A stretch of DNA of 64,000 nt from Lama glama (lineage: Eukaryota). Numbering within the stretch: position 1 is the first letter of the stretch; each line of letters starts with the position of its first letter. A program made the translations under genes and the position numbers. The notes beneath the pieces are model-generated. The model did not search any database and had not been told where the DNA came from. It saw nothing but the letters and a program-made list of their open reading frames with translations. The stretch spans positions 38,008,001 to 38,072,000 of the forward strand of contig CM052818.1 in NCBI GenBank assembly GCA_028534125.1, read 5' to 3'. Below are positions 38,331-51,709 of the stretch, piece after piece.

Positions 38331-41300
38331 TCCTCACTCTATTTTCTTTCTCCCTTTGACTCCTTGAAATGTTCTTCATTTCTTAAACAGTTTATCTTTT
38401 TCTGTTTTTTTCCCCCATATTCTTCCAGTATTAATTTTATCTCCTGTTATTTAGCCTTCCTTTCCCTGAGTTCTTTATTTCTGCTAAGTAACTTCCTTCA
38501 TAGCAACTTGTTCTTATATTTTTAAATTCTGATTGGAATACCAAATAAGTTTCTTTTTGCTTACATTTTGCTCTTAAGTTTTTGTTTTGTTTTGTTTTTA
38601 TGGGGAAGCTTGTATTGCTATTTTGCACATTTTTTGCTATAGCATATTTGTATAGCTGTAAAACTACTACATTTAATTTGAAATACCACCAAGCAAGATT
38701 TTCACGGAACTAGGTATTTTTAAGAGATGAGGAATAATGCAGGGAAGGGAAAGTTCACCCATACTGGCTTCTGTAACAATAAACCATTTTTTAAAGGTGC
38801 CTCAATATAGTTACCTCTTCTTTGCAACTTAAAATCTAGCTTTCTTAGGATTTCTACCATCAGTCCCATGAGTTATTCTTGTTGGCTTCAACATCAGTTG
38901 TAGCCATCAAAGGACATAGCCTTTGAATTTTAAGTGAGCCACTCACGTATAGTACGTCGACATTATTCTGGTGGTGTTGCATGAGATATTCCACTTTCTA
39001 CAGCGCTTAAACCTAGCTTGTTTGATCTAAGCCCTTCTCATAGCAGTTTCCACTTTGGGTGGGGTCTTCTTTTAAGAAGTGATTCATTTCTGGAAATTTC
39101 TGAACTCTACCCTCAAAATACCTTCTCTATTCTTTCTTTTCTTCCATTGCTCTACCGTCTCTCCTTCCCACAAGAGTCATATGCTCCGGCTCTGCTGGTC
39201 CCGGTTCTTTTAAAAGAACTTAACAGTAACTTAGAGTTTACAAGTTTTATAGAAAACTTTAATTTCACTGAATGTGAGAGTTTTGTTTTTGCTTATTTTC
39301 ATTTTCTATGCATTTGTAGAACTTTCAAGAGAATTGAGAAATGAAGAACTAAGTTACTATTATGATCTTATTAGAAGTCCTCTGCTCATGCTTTTATTTT
39401 CGGCATTAAAATTAAACTCAGCATTACAAACATTCTTTGATAACTACTGTGTTTCAAGGTTTGTGCTAAGCTTTGCGTCAGGTACCAAAATAATGCCCAA
39501 TCAAAGCAACCAGGATCTGAAAGTCTAGGACTAATTTTATATATATATATATATATGTATATATAAAAGTGGAACTTTATATGTATATAAAATAACAAAT
39601 AAGCATAATGCTAGTTAGTTGAAGGATTCCTAACACTCAGGTATCCTTAAACCAGTTAAAATAAGTTTATTTGATTTAGTTAATCTAATTTTGAACTTTT
39701 TTTTTAATAAGAAAAGACTTCTTTCCACTTAAAGTTTTGCTAATACCAAGTATGCCTTAAGTTAGGAAGATTGTGCATTTCTCATCTTTATCAGAGTCTC
39801 AGTGTGTTGGGATGTACAGCTGATGGTAGTTTTCACAAGGCAGGTTTTCAGTAGGGGACATATGGAGCTTATAAACCTGAAACCTACTTTACTTTCTTTT
39901 ACTCAAAAGAGAGAACAGACAGTTAACATGTTTTACATGAGCTCAAACCTGGATTTTAAGGGCTTGAAATTTACTGAAACTCAAATTGCCCCAACACAAA
40001 AGTTTTGTTTTGAAATATTTTATAAGATTTCTTATCACATGGCCAGGCTAAACACATGAATAATGATGTTTATTGAAACCATGTGCCTTAGAAATTATGG
40101 GATTGATGTGCACTGTGGTGAGAATGAAGAAAGCTGAGTCAGCCCTATCACTGTTCACAATCAGGGACATCCCTGTAAGACGGGGTAGCTGGTAATGCAG
40201 GATTGACAGCCAAACTGCCCGTTAGCAATACCCAACTGGACAAAACTGTGGTTGGTTCTGAAGTAGCAAGTTTCTAGTTTTCATCCATCAAGAGAGACCA
40301 TTTTGAAAACTGCATGGGTTGTTGAGAACTTTGAATTATGGAAATATTCCTTGCCAACCAAACTTCCACTAGTAGAAAAGTTGCACTACTTTGGGCACGT
40401 ATGGAACAACTTTGATTAGCCCTGTAGCACTAATGTATTGGTGAATAAAGGGGATACATAATTCACCTTGGCTCACTGCTTCCTACATGGGTGTTCAGGG
40501 TCTGTAAAATCTGCTATAATCCTGGAAGAATTAGGGCCTAAGGCCAAGAAATTTGATTCTCTTTATGAGAGTCAGATCCTTAAATTATTACCTGTAACAA
40601 AGGTTTTGTCAAAAAAAAAAAGGTAAAAATCTAATATTGTTACTTTCTCATACAAAATTTTATGGTTTTTTTAGAAAAGAAATTTAGAGTACTTCATTGA
40701 ATTTTTAGGAAAAATTTTTCCCTTTTTTTTGAGCGTGAAGTGATAGCCCATCCTCAGAACACTTACCAGGGAAAGATTTATTCATAGAATCCTTGGAAGA
40801 TATTTTTCACCACACGAATAGAGTAAATCTTTCGAATCAAGGCCTTGGATTAACTATTTAAAATGGCACTAAAATTCTGTGAGCAATGTTGGATAAACTG
40901 CCATTTTAGAAGAAGAGGCTGGATGCAAACAACCTTGCAAACTTTCCAATATTGGAGGAAAAATTTCTGAAGACTAGAATCTCCAGTAACTGAGCATGCC
41001 AACATTTCTGTAGTCAAAAATCTGCACAAATATTTTGTGATTTTTAATGTCAACTCTGCTCAGAAAGCTTTGAATTCCCTTTTTTATTATCAGGTATTGC
41101 AAAGTTTTACAGTATTAATATTTGCAAAATACTTACCTCTCTTGCATTTAACTCTTCAGATTTTGGGGAAATTATTTTGTTATAGTACACAGGGGGAGAA
41201 TCTGATTAATTTTCTTTCATAGAACTAGTTTCCTTTCACAGAGTAAATGTTCTCCATTCCACATGTTAGTGCATTGCTTTCTCTTTGTCTTCAGATGCTT

Positions 41301-41459
41301 CTTTTAAAAAATCTCATGTTGAGTTATTATATGGTAAGGAAATGTCTATTAAATATTTTTATGTGGGAGGAGGAAAGGAAAAAAGGATGAAAGGGAAGAA
41401 GAGAAAAAGGAAGGAAGAAAGAGAAGGAGGAAGATGAGGAACTTCATGAGGAACTTCAA

Positions 41460-41585
41460 GCATTGTGTTAAGTACTTTTACATAAACTATATGTATTTTA
41501 TTCATAATTAACTCAATAGCTTATGAAGTTTTATGAACATGTTTTACAGATTAGGATAATGAAGTTCAGAGATGTTAGGAGCCAA
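41460..41585 (-). mobile_element. MIR fragment
   Basis: cattgtgttaagtacttttacata...ttttacagattaggataatgaagttcagagatgtta. Confidence 0.65.
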
Positions 41586-42764
41586 TATTTTATGCAGATA
41601 AATGTAGAGACTTGACCAATAATGATAATGAAAATCTGAACCAAAATGGCAGGAAATTGGGTATAATCTGATCACGTATGTATTTCCTGACTTTTAAAAT
41701 GCACATTGAAATTCTATGGAAACAAAGATTAAATATGAGCTTCTATTTACTCGAGTGTGAAACACAGTGACAAATCCATCGCTAACATTATATTAAACTA
41801 TTGCAACTTAGCACTTACTCATCCTGGCCCTTGTTGCCACCCTCCCTTGTGTTATGGCTGCATCTCTCACAGAAAGACCAGGTCTAGACATACCCATTGC
41901 AGCTAAAAGTTCATTTACTCCCAATATGTCACATTCTGGGGATTAGATCAAAGAGTTGTCATTTGTTTTTTTGATGCTATGATATTCCAATCTTTCAAAT
42001 AAATACAGTCATGGTGATGGCAAAATTTAAAGTAAATCAAAGTGGTATTTTAGAAGTAGTGTGATTTTATTGGAAATAAAGTAAAATGTGTTGTTGAAAA
42101 ATTTTGTTGTTGAAAACCCCTTCTGAATTAAACCTTTCATATTTCTCCATTTGGGTCCTCATTTAGTGTCAGCCCTAATCTTTCCCCCAAACTGCTATAG
42201 TCCTCACAGACCGATTCAAACAGGCCTCCTGTGAAGTGTTTCCCAAATCTGTTCAGCGGAGTTTGGCAGTCCGCTCACAGTGCTGCATTCGTCCGTTATT
42301 ACCCCACTCCGCACAATGGAGAGTGTCTAGGTATCAGCTTTCATCATTAGACCTCGGGTACCTCGAGCCAGTGGCTGCTGCTTTCATCTCGACACCTCTC
42401 ATCTAAGCACAGAGCCTCGTCCAGTGTCAGAACTCAGTAAGTGTTTCTATTACATTTGTTTTATGATAAAAGCCATGCATGTTTATTGGGAAAGAAAAAT
42501 AACTTTAGAAAGTAATGATAAACAAAATGATAAACATATGATAAAAGTAAATATAGAACTATTACTAATATTTTAATGTGTTTTACTCTTTCATGGATAT
42601 CGTATCAAAATATCAGCTTATACTATATGTTCTGCTTAATATATTTTTTAAACAATCGTACTTTTGAAAATGTGAACTATGACACCATTTCAGTATGAAA
42701 ATATTTCTGTAAACTCTGAAAATATTTCACCTGATAATTATTCAACAACAGAATTATTTGTATT

Positions 42765-43190
42765 TGCACTATGGGCATTTCAAATACATTCAAAAACAGA
42801 GACGGTAGTATAATAAGTCCCTAAGTACCTACCACCTAATTCAATAATTATTAACATTTGGTAAATTATGTTTTATTATATCCCTGTCCACTTTCGCAGT
42901 CCCCACATTGGGCTATTTTAAAGGAGATGCCAGGCATCATATTGTTTCATTAGTAAATACTTCAATACAGATGTATTTCTAAAAGTTAAACATTGCTTTT
43001 AAAAGTCACACTGTCATATCACCCAAAATTATTTTAAATAATTCTTAAAATGATCAAATATGTACTCAGTGTACGAACTTCCCTGTTTGTCTCATCAATG
43101 GTTGTTTTATAGTTAGTTTGTTGAATCGGTGTCCAAGGTCTTCAGATTGAATTTCGTTGATTTGTTTCTTATATCTCTTATAATCATCTC
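42765..43190 (-). mobile_element. L1MC4/5-like 3' end
   Basis: 'atttcaaatacattcaaaaacagaga...attattaacattt...ccaggcatcatattgtttcattagtaaatacttca'. Confidence 0.7.
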
Positions 43191-43249
43191 ATCTCATTTT
43201 ATTTTCTCCTTGTCGTCATTTTATAACAGCTTTTCAAAGTCTTCCTCAT

Positions 43250-43640
43250 ATTCCATGTTATGGATATAACACAATTCATTCCAACAGTTCTCTACTATTG
43301 AGCATTTAGCTTACTTTCAGTTTTTCTCCTATTAAACACTGTTCCAATGAATATGCATATAGACAAATCTTTGAGCATACCTAGAATTATCCTATTAGGA
43401 TTAATTCTTAGAAGTGGAATGCCTCATGGGTGTTTTTTTTTTTTAAGCTTTTGATACAGCTTGTCAAATTAGTCTTCAAAATGATTGAGCTAATTTACAC
43501 TCCTACCAGCAGTATGAGCCTCTCTGTGCCCCCACACCCTCATCAACACTGCATAATATCTTTATTTTAAATATTTGCCAATTTGATAGACCAGAAAGAT
43601 ATCTTGCTGTTTTAATTTGCATTTTTTGGATTAATAGTAA
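43250..43640 (-). mobile_element. L1ME-like ORF2 3' fragment
   Basis: 'ttagaagtggaat', 'taatttacactcctaccagcagtatgag', 'ctgttttaatttgcattt'. Confidence 0.75.
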
Positions 43641-44935
43641 GAGAGAGTGCCCTGAATCATTGAATCCTTGTTCAGTGCTTACTGTGGCCATAAAACCACT
43701 TCCTGATAAATCCACAAAGAAGATGTACGTTTTAAGGGCAAGGTCCTTTAAACACAGATTTTTATTACTAGACTTAAGCAGAAATTCTGGCCCTGGTGAG
43801 TCTATGAATTGCCAGAATTTATTTTGTTCTTAGTCTTGAGGTAAGTTTAAATGCTTTTTAAAATGTAGCATTTCCCTTATTCATTCTCACTAGAATGGTT
43901 ACGCTCTGCAATCAGGCTGCAGCCCCAGACCCACCGTACTGCCTCAGGCACGCGGTTGCAAAAGTGCGTGGGCCTTAAAGGTCCTTTAAACTCTCTGTCA
44001 CTCCCACAAAATAAACCCCCTTATACCATGGCCAAATTGTTACCGTGGCATATTTCTGTGCAGCATCAGTGTTCCTTCTTCCCTGGGGTAGAATTTCTAG
44101 GAAGTGCGGGTGAGGCAGGGTGGTGTCCTTGGGGTAGGAAAGAACTGAGTTCCCTAGAATTTTGGTGTGCAGCCAAAGTGAAGTTAAGCTTTTTTTTTTT
44201 TTTCCTATGTAATTTTTGGTCATTAGAGTATATATTTTGTGAATCACCTGTTCATTTTCCTTGCCAATCAATGAATGATGAACAAATGAAAGAATGAGTG
44301 ATCACATTTTGGGTATAACCATTCAACTAGTTACAAATCAGCCAAATTGCACTGTCTTTTTCTCCATATTTCATTTTCTTGTCAACTTTTATTGCAGGAA
44401 CTATCCAGTCTGGTGGCCATCTATTTTAAAGCAGGCTTTTATGTCTAACTCCTTTCTCAGAATTCTTCAAAGGAACTTAAATAGTCAGGGTCTTATGTCT
44501 ATGTAGCCTTTAAATGAGGCCAGTCAAGATCCCACTGGTCTGAAAAGCAATGGATCAAAGATCACAGAATTATTGATCCTGGGTTTGCTTCCTTCAATGT
44601 TGTGCAAAGAAGAGGGTCCCTCCTTTCTGAGAACAACCAAACCATGTGCCCTGCATTTTTATTCTAGTCCTTCCTCTCATCCAGGCCCTTCCTCCACCAG
44701 TCATGTTCGGTCATCAATCTCACTCAGAGAAGAACTGTGGTAACAAAATCCTTTATCTCATCTTTCCACAACTGACTTGAATATGAAATCATTTTTTGGT
44801 CCTTGCAGTGCTTAACTTAACCACAGGAGTAATGCTCTGTAGAAAATGTAGGCTTGAAAACTTACAATGGGCTGGCAATTAATGTATTTGCAAACTCACT
44901 ATGCATTGTCAACCTATTTAAATAGATAAACATAT

Positions 44936-44955
44936 TAGGTAGGTAGGTAGGTAGG

Positions 44956-44995
<40 letters not shown>

Positions 44996-45007
44996 AAGAA
45001 AGATAGG
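44936..45007. repeat. Compound tetranucleotide STR (TAGG)5(TAGA)10(AAGA)2
   Basis: Read directly from the sequence. Confidence 0.95.
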
Positions 45008-45028
45008 ATTTTCTATGGCCTATAGAAC

Positions 45029-45332
45029 AATATTTCCTAAGTGGTGCTCCATAAAACTCTTAGATTATTAATCAGTATGCTCAGAATTTTTTTTTTGCAG
45101 TCAAATACATTTGAGAAATACTTCTTGCATTCGTTCCACTTAAGATTCATAATACATATGAATATTAGCATATCAACCCTTGGAGAAATTTTGCATTAAG
45201 AAACCTTACCTACCTCATTTAACCAAAAGTTTGCAGATTTATTTGACCATGGAATTAAGGTTTTCTGGGTTTGTTTTGTTTTGTAATGGAGCACCCATTA
45301 ACATTTCCCACGGAATTGTTCGGAAAGCACTG
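45029..45332. mobile_element. hAT-Charlie non-autonomous element (Charlie4-like)
   Basis: Decayed terminal inverted repeats caatatttcctaa ... ttcggaaagcactg; internal 'gtcaaatacatttgagaaatac' and 'atttgaccatggaa'. Confidence 0.6.
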
Positions 45333-45499
45333 TGACAGAACAGAGTCGAAGGCATCTGAATGGCATTACAGGAAATGCTCTAGACACAACATAGCTTTTT
45401 GGTTATCCTTCCTTACCTCCCTATTGCTCTCTCCCAACAGCTCCACCTCCAGTCCAGGTACACTAACTTCATTTATACCAAAAGTCTTACACCTCCTTG

Positions 45500-45900
45500 A
45501 ACAGAAAGTGCTTTAAAATACTCGCAAGTCTTTTCACGTGCTGTTCTTTCTAAAATATACTTCCTCAATGTCACCTGCAAGTCTCTATCTCTAAAATACT
45601 CTTCTTTGATGTCACCTGCAAATTCCCAGACATTCCTTAACACACACCCCATATAGTAGCTAATCAGCAAGTTTTCAAGTTTTATACTCTTTACATATTG
45701 GCTACCGTAGAATTTTATTTCTTCCTTTATAACATCCTATCCACACTGTATTAACTATACATCTGTCTGTTTCCCTTTTTAGATTGTTTTCCCCTAGAGG
45801 TCAAGGACCATATCTTATCCATTATTTTATATCTACTGACCACAGTGTCTGGCACATAGAAGGCATTCCATGTCCACTTTATAAGTTAATTCATTCGCTT
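45500..45900 (+). mobile_element. L2 3' fragment
   Basis: 'tagattgtttt...gaggtcaaggaccatatctt...cacagtgtctggcacatagaaggcatt'. Confidence 0.7.
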
Positions 45901-47256
45901 ATCCAACAAAGTTATTATTTTAAGCTGTAAAGAGTATATCATGCATCCTATTCTGACTGCATCTTGTTGAAATATTTTAAGACTCCGCTGTGTCGTCTTA
46001 ACAAAATGTTTTGATTATTCCCCGTTGAAATGATGAAAAGTCTGTTTGTCCGAATGTCTGGGCCATTCTGTTAATTTGGCTGTTATTGGAGCCATGGAAC
46101 CATGAACTCTCAGAAGGTCCATTTAAGTCATCTAGTTCTGCCACTTTTGTTTCTTTATTGTGGAGCTTTGTTATAGCTTTTCTTTTTTGTCTTTTAAAGA
46201 AAATCTAAAATGCAAGTCTTATTGTGCATTTTTTGCATTCATAGAAGTACATAAAATGTCTATAAAAACAAACTGCCAACAGTCATAAATTCATGAGCCT
46301 CAAGGTCTCGTAAGGATGGTTGGTGCCTTCTACGGATTGCTCTCTGTCTTCATGGAGGGCAGGAGTGAGCTCCTTTGTGGGCAGTAAGTACAGGTTTGTG
46401 TAGGGGATGCTATCAGAAGTTGCTCTAGCATCCGCGGACATTTCTATTTCCTCTGTCCTTCTTACATGATTTCTTAAAGTTTCCAGTGTTATCATTCACC
46501 TGACATCATGATGACACACAGAAGGCACAAATGGCTATTGCATGTCCATCAATGGTGAAGAAAATCATGCAGTGTGCTGTCTTGTAGTCGCCCTGTTATT
46601 AAGGGCTAGTATCTCTGACAAGTCACAAGCAAATCAGAAGTCTCTGACCATTTGAAAAATGTATTACTTAATTATCACTATCACCTCAGACCTCAACTCA
46701 GATAGATGTGCAGAGAGTCCGATCCAGAAACTTGCTCCTGTGTTCAGTGGTAGGCACTCCACTGGAAGAAATAAAACATCTATTCTGTGATTAATCTGCA
46801 CTATGTCTGGCTAGAAATCAGCAACAAGAAGCAACAAGAATTTCATGCAGTTAGAGAAACCGACACTCTGGAAGGTTATTGGGCAGCACGCCAGATGTAT
46901 AATTCCAATTTGACTGCTTAACTTAGAACAATCCTAACAGCCAATCCTCATTGTCGATTTATATCCATTCACTAATTTATCTACTACTTCATTTAATCAA
47001 TTATGCATTAAAGTAGATGTTAAACGTTTATTATGGACATGATGGTATATAAGATTATAAATGTAGTCTTCAACCTTTAGAGACTTGATGTTTTACACGG
47101 GTCAAAGGCACACATATTTGCAATTTACTGTAAAGAAAGCAATTGCCTTAAGAGACATTTTCAAAGACAGAAAAAGCATCCAGCTTAGAAGAACTTGAAT
47201 GGAATTGCTCTGCTGAGTATATACGTAAAATAAAAAAACTGGCAAGTTGTATATTT

Positions 47257-47570
47257 ACGCCATCCAATATGGTAGCCACTAGCCACAGGCGTTATTAAGC
47301 ACTTAAATGTGACTACTCTTGATACACGCTGCACATGTACAATATACACCTAATTTTGGAGACTTAGTGTGAAAAAATTATGTAAAACATGTCATTTATA
47401 AATTTATCTTGCTTTCTTGTTAAAATGATAACATTTGGGATATATTGGATTAGCTAATACATTACTAAAATTAATCTCAGTTATTTCTCCTTGGTTTTTT
47501 TCATGTGGCTATCAGAAAAATTAAAATGACAGATGCATCTTGCATTACGTTTTTACTGGACATCAGCGGT
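47257..47570. mobile_element. MER33-like hAT-Charlie DNA transposon
   Basis: tccaatatggtagccactagccaca...ggagacttagt...gatatattgg...atgtggcta...actggaca. Confidence 0.85.
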
Positions 47571-50059
47571 AGAGACAATATGTGTGTGTGTACCCGATAG
47601 TTTTGCTGGTCCAGATCGTCAGAGAAGTGGCAGGTTCCTGAAGTAACTAACGGCAGCATCAGGGGCTTCCCAGTTCAACAGGGAAATTGCCTAATTGTGG
47701 CAGAATAATCAGCTCCCTGGTGGTTCTTTTCTATCGTGTAACTTCAAGAGTCAATCCTAGAATGAATGTCCTTCTAGCTTTGTCAATAATTGTATACACC
47801 ATTTAAGAATCTACAATAACTCTGCTTCTTCTTAAATTAGCTTTAGTTGATTCTGTTCCCTGCCCTTGAGCATTTCCCAACATGGGGTGGGTGGAATGGG
47901 TGTAGGGGGTTAACATTAAATCCATGAGTTAAAAGTGTGCACACATACACGTCACTCGTTAACATCTGCGTCTCTGTTGTCTCTCACAGGTACAGATGCA
48001 CAGGAGGAGAGTGTTTAATAACTGTTGAATGCATTTATATAAAGTAAAAAATACAATGGAACAAATGACTAGAAGTCCTGCACGTCATCATTTTCAACAC
48101 AACACAATCCCTTTATCATCCAACATTCAATCAATGTTATAATAAACTCCGAAGAATTACAAAAATCACACTGTTTTCTACAATGTGCATGTCAGCATTT
48201 TTTCCTTAATAAGTGGGTCATCAGCTGGGCTTTGTGTGTTCTTCCTTATATCAGAAGTGTGTCCTTGTCTCTCTTTCCATCATAAAGACCACAAACATTG
48301 CTTTTGACATGACAGAACTAATTCAAACCTTTCAGAAACTGCAGCAGAGTTATAGGTGAGGACGTGCCCCTGATCCGTCCACCCAAGGGCTTGGGACCTC
48401 GGTGCACCATTAGGTTCACGGCTTGGCATCTTACCAAGAAAATCAAGAAATGTTCTACAAATACTCTAAAAAGTTCACAGCAAGGGCAGAGCAAGCTAAG
48501 TTTGGTTATGCTGAAGCATCTGGAAGGTGGGACAGAGGTCAAATGCACTGAGGATTGAGCTGGCCCTGCTCTGCCCATTAGCCGAAATCCACAGAAGTCA
48601 CAACTGCCACGGGTCCCTGAGTGCCGCAGGTCGGAGAAACCACCAGACCATGCCATAGAATTCTAAACAAACAATTAAGGGTTTTCCAGTTTAATTTTCC
48701 CAGATAATTAGCTCTAGAGGATGCCTTTGAATTTTCTATCCTTTTCCAGTATGCAAATTTTTAGCTTTCTCAATCAGTGGTGATCATACCAATAACTACC
48801 CCGTGCAAAGCCAAGCGACACACTTCTATAGCTATTTGCAGTCTCAGTCTGACCACTATTTGCATAACTCTTTTCCACTTTAAGCCATTATTCCAATTTT
48901 AGTGTCATTGTCCAACTCTCCACATACACACCACCTATTATCATTGAAGCTGAAAGGGTGATCTGAAGAATTGCAAAAATATCAATATGCAGATTTTTTT
49001 TTTTTTTGCTTCTAAAAAATATGACCTTATAAAGTGGAAGAGAAACAGAGAGTACCTGGAAGAGGATATGATGTTAAGTAGGAGCTTTTTGGCGAGAGTG
49101 AGTATGCATGGTGCATGTGCATTGTTGTATTTTAAGATCAGAGATAAAAGAGCTAGTAAGATAGATAAAAAGGATGCAAAAGAGAGAATAACAGCGTTTG
49201 ACCACACGGGTTCCTATTTTCACCAAAGGTAACGCTATTATAAGATTCTGTTCTAATACGGAGAAATAGAACTTTATGAAATGGACTTTTTAAAAAGCCA
49301 TTTCTACCTTCAGATACCGAATTCAGCCCTCAGGCATGATTAATGCTCCAGTGGACCTGACCCAAAGTGAAATCATTACAGCTTATGCAGTGTGTGCCTT
49401 CGAATGGTTCATTCCTACAGGACACTGAGGAATAAAGAGAACTGTATAAATACAATGGTCAACCCCAAAGAGAAATCAGAAAGTTTAAAACTCCTCTTTG
49501 GCTCCCAGGTGGAGGCCATCCATAGATCCCAGCACTGAGGTCAATGAATCTGAGTCTTGTTAATGCAGAGCAATGCTTCTCTCTGATCCCAGGGATCTAG
49601 CCCCTACCTAGATCCGGTGATGTATGGGAAAGCACTTCCACGTTAGTAACAACTGCAAAGGCAGAACAGCTATGCCAGTAAAACCCTCAAAGCCCTCCCA
49701 CCTTACCCTCATGAATCACCCTGAAATGCTGGACAGTGTGAGGCTTACATTTGTTTCAGAGCAGATTTTGATGACATAATATTTTCTTCTATTTTTTTCT
49801 TGGCCCCTCAAACCATAATTTGTGTCCCTCTGTCGTGCAGCATGGGATATTCTTCTCTGAACTCCAAAAAGCTGTATACTAGGAAAACCTCCAGATCATT
49901 TTCAACGTCTACCCAACAAGGAGCACCCCACCCAACCCCTAATGGCTCCATATTTTCTTCCTTTGTAAACCAAACTCCCATCCATCAATGCAGGGGCTTA
50001 AGACTGATATTAAGGGGAAAGCAGTGTTTTGAAATCTCTGTAGAGTATGGCTGAGTTTT

Positions 50060-50190
50060 AAGGAAACTGGCTCCATCACTAGGCATTCTCAGAGACTTGA
50101 ACCTTTTTGATTATCAATGCTGTAAAAGGGATTCCATTCCTTGGTGAGAGGTTGGACCAGACCCCTAAGCTCCCTTCAATCTCTGAAATT
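50060..50190 (+). mobile_element. CR1/L3 3' end
   Basis: gaggttggaccagacccctaagctcccttcaatctctgaaatt. Confidence 0.6.
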
Positions 50191-50682
50191 GGAAGTTATG
50201 AGTAACCTGTGGAAAACTCAACTCTCCCAGTGTTACACGTGCTTTTCAAACGAAGGTTGAGGTGATGAATACCGAGTTAGGTGCCAGGGGCCCATCCCCA
50301 GCTCAGAAACGGTTGGAGGCAAGACAAATCATGCTTCTACTGCTGTTTCCACACCTGACTTAACACAAGCCCCAGGAAGACAATACTATATCATCTTTTT
50401 TCTCAGTCAGGGTCAGATAAAGTCTATAAAGTTCAACAAAAAGCCAGTGTGATCCTCATTTCTCTCTCCTCAATGTACTGCCCAAGTCTCTGGGATTTTG
50501 ACTCAATTACAATGTAATTTAGGGTCAGGAGAAGAAGAGAACAGGACTGTTGTTGATTCTGAAATTGCAGTAAGTTGTTTTCCGAGACGTTAGCAATGGT
50601 GGACAGTGAGGTCATGTGGGCTTTAACATTTCTACCTCCCAGCTTTTACTTGTTAGTTGAATTTGCTCTGTGGTGGTAGCAA

Positions 50683-50794
50683 CAGTTGTGGCAGCTGTGG
50701 GCGAATCGCAGCTGCCAACCGCCCAGCTGAAGGAATCGGGGACCGGGGCTGGGATAATAAAGTCAGTGCTTAACAGCTGTGGGCACAGCAGATG
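50683..50794. promoter_or_regulatory. E-box cluster, candidate bHLH enhancer
   Basis: CAGTTG at 50683; CAGCTG at 50692, 50709, 50724 and 50774; CAGATG at 50789. Confidence 0.45.
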
Positions 50795-51347
50795 TTCTTA
50801 AGATGGACTAGGAGGAAGAAGGAGAGCTCTGATAGGGAAGTGGCTAAAAAATGAATAAGCCTTTACATAATACAGCTAATAAGATTTCCTCCTTCAGAAA
50901 ACATGTAATTTGCTCTCCTTTCCCGGCCAAGCTACTTGAGATGCCATATCCACTATTATCCAAGGCCGTTTCTTTAACAAATAAGACGGGAAATGACATA
51001 TCCTACAGTCTGGCTCAAGATCGGTCCACCCAGTGTTACAAACAATTTCTTACGTTTCCTGAGCCTAATTATTTCCTGTGGAGATACAATGAGGAACAGC
51101 TTTCAAAACAAGCTCGGCCTGAACTCGGGCCTGGACAGAGCGTGCTCCGGGGTGGGGGTTCTCCAACACGATTCGAAATAAAAATAATCTTCCATGGGCC
51201 TATCATAAGAATGCATTTTGGGTCATGTGGTTTAGGATTTGGAGATTTAGGATTTAGGTCAAAGGCCTAGAAGGCCCAGTGGACATTGACTCCCACCCCA
51301 TGTTTTGTCCTTATCAGTAAAATTCTCCATAATAAGATAATAGTAAG

Positions 51348-51709
51348 TCTGTGAGTTTGTTTCTGTTTTGTAAATAAGTTCATTTGTGTCTTTCTTTTTT
51401 TCAATTCCACGTATAAGTGATATCATATGATATTTGTCTTTCTCTGACTTGTGGTTACCAGGAAAGAAAGGGGGAGGGAGGGATAAATTGGGAGTTTGGG
51501 AGTGGCAGATACAAACTACTGTGTACAGAATAGATAAACAACAAGGTCCTACCGTATAGCACAGGGACTGATATTCAACAGCTTGTAGTAACCTGTAAAG
51601 AAAAAGAATATGAAAAATAATATATGTATGTATAACTGAATCACTATGCTGTACACCAGAAACAAATGCAACATTGTAAATCAACTATACCTCGATAAAA
51701 ACATTTTAA
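51348..51709 (+). mobile_element. Young L1 3' end with a 5' inversion (twin priming)
   Basis: 51348-51450 is antisense and 51447-51709 is sense L1 3' UTR; 14-bp TSD aagata(a/c)tagtaag at 51334-51347 and 51710-51723. Confidence 0.92.

Noticed and set aside
48987..49232. Charged 81-aa ORF ending near a donor-like site
   Set aside because: Purine-rich composition explains it; no homology recognised and no convincing acceptor.
51259..51684. 141-aa ORF
   Set aside because: A chimera across the inverted L1 junction.
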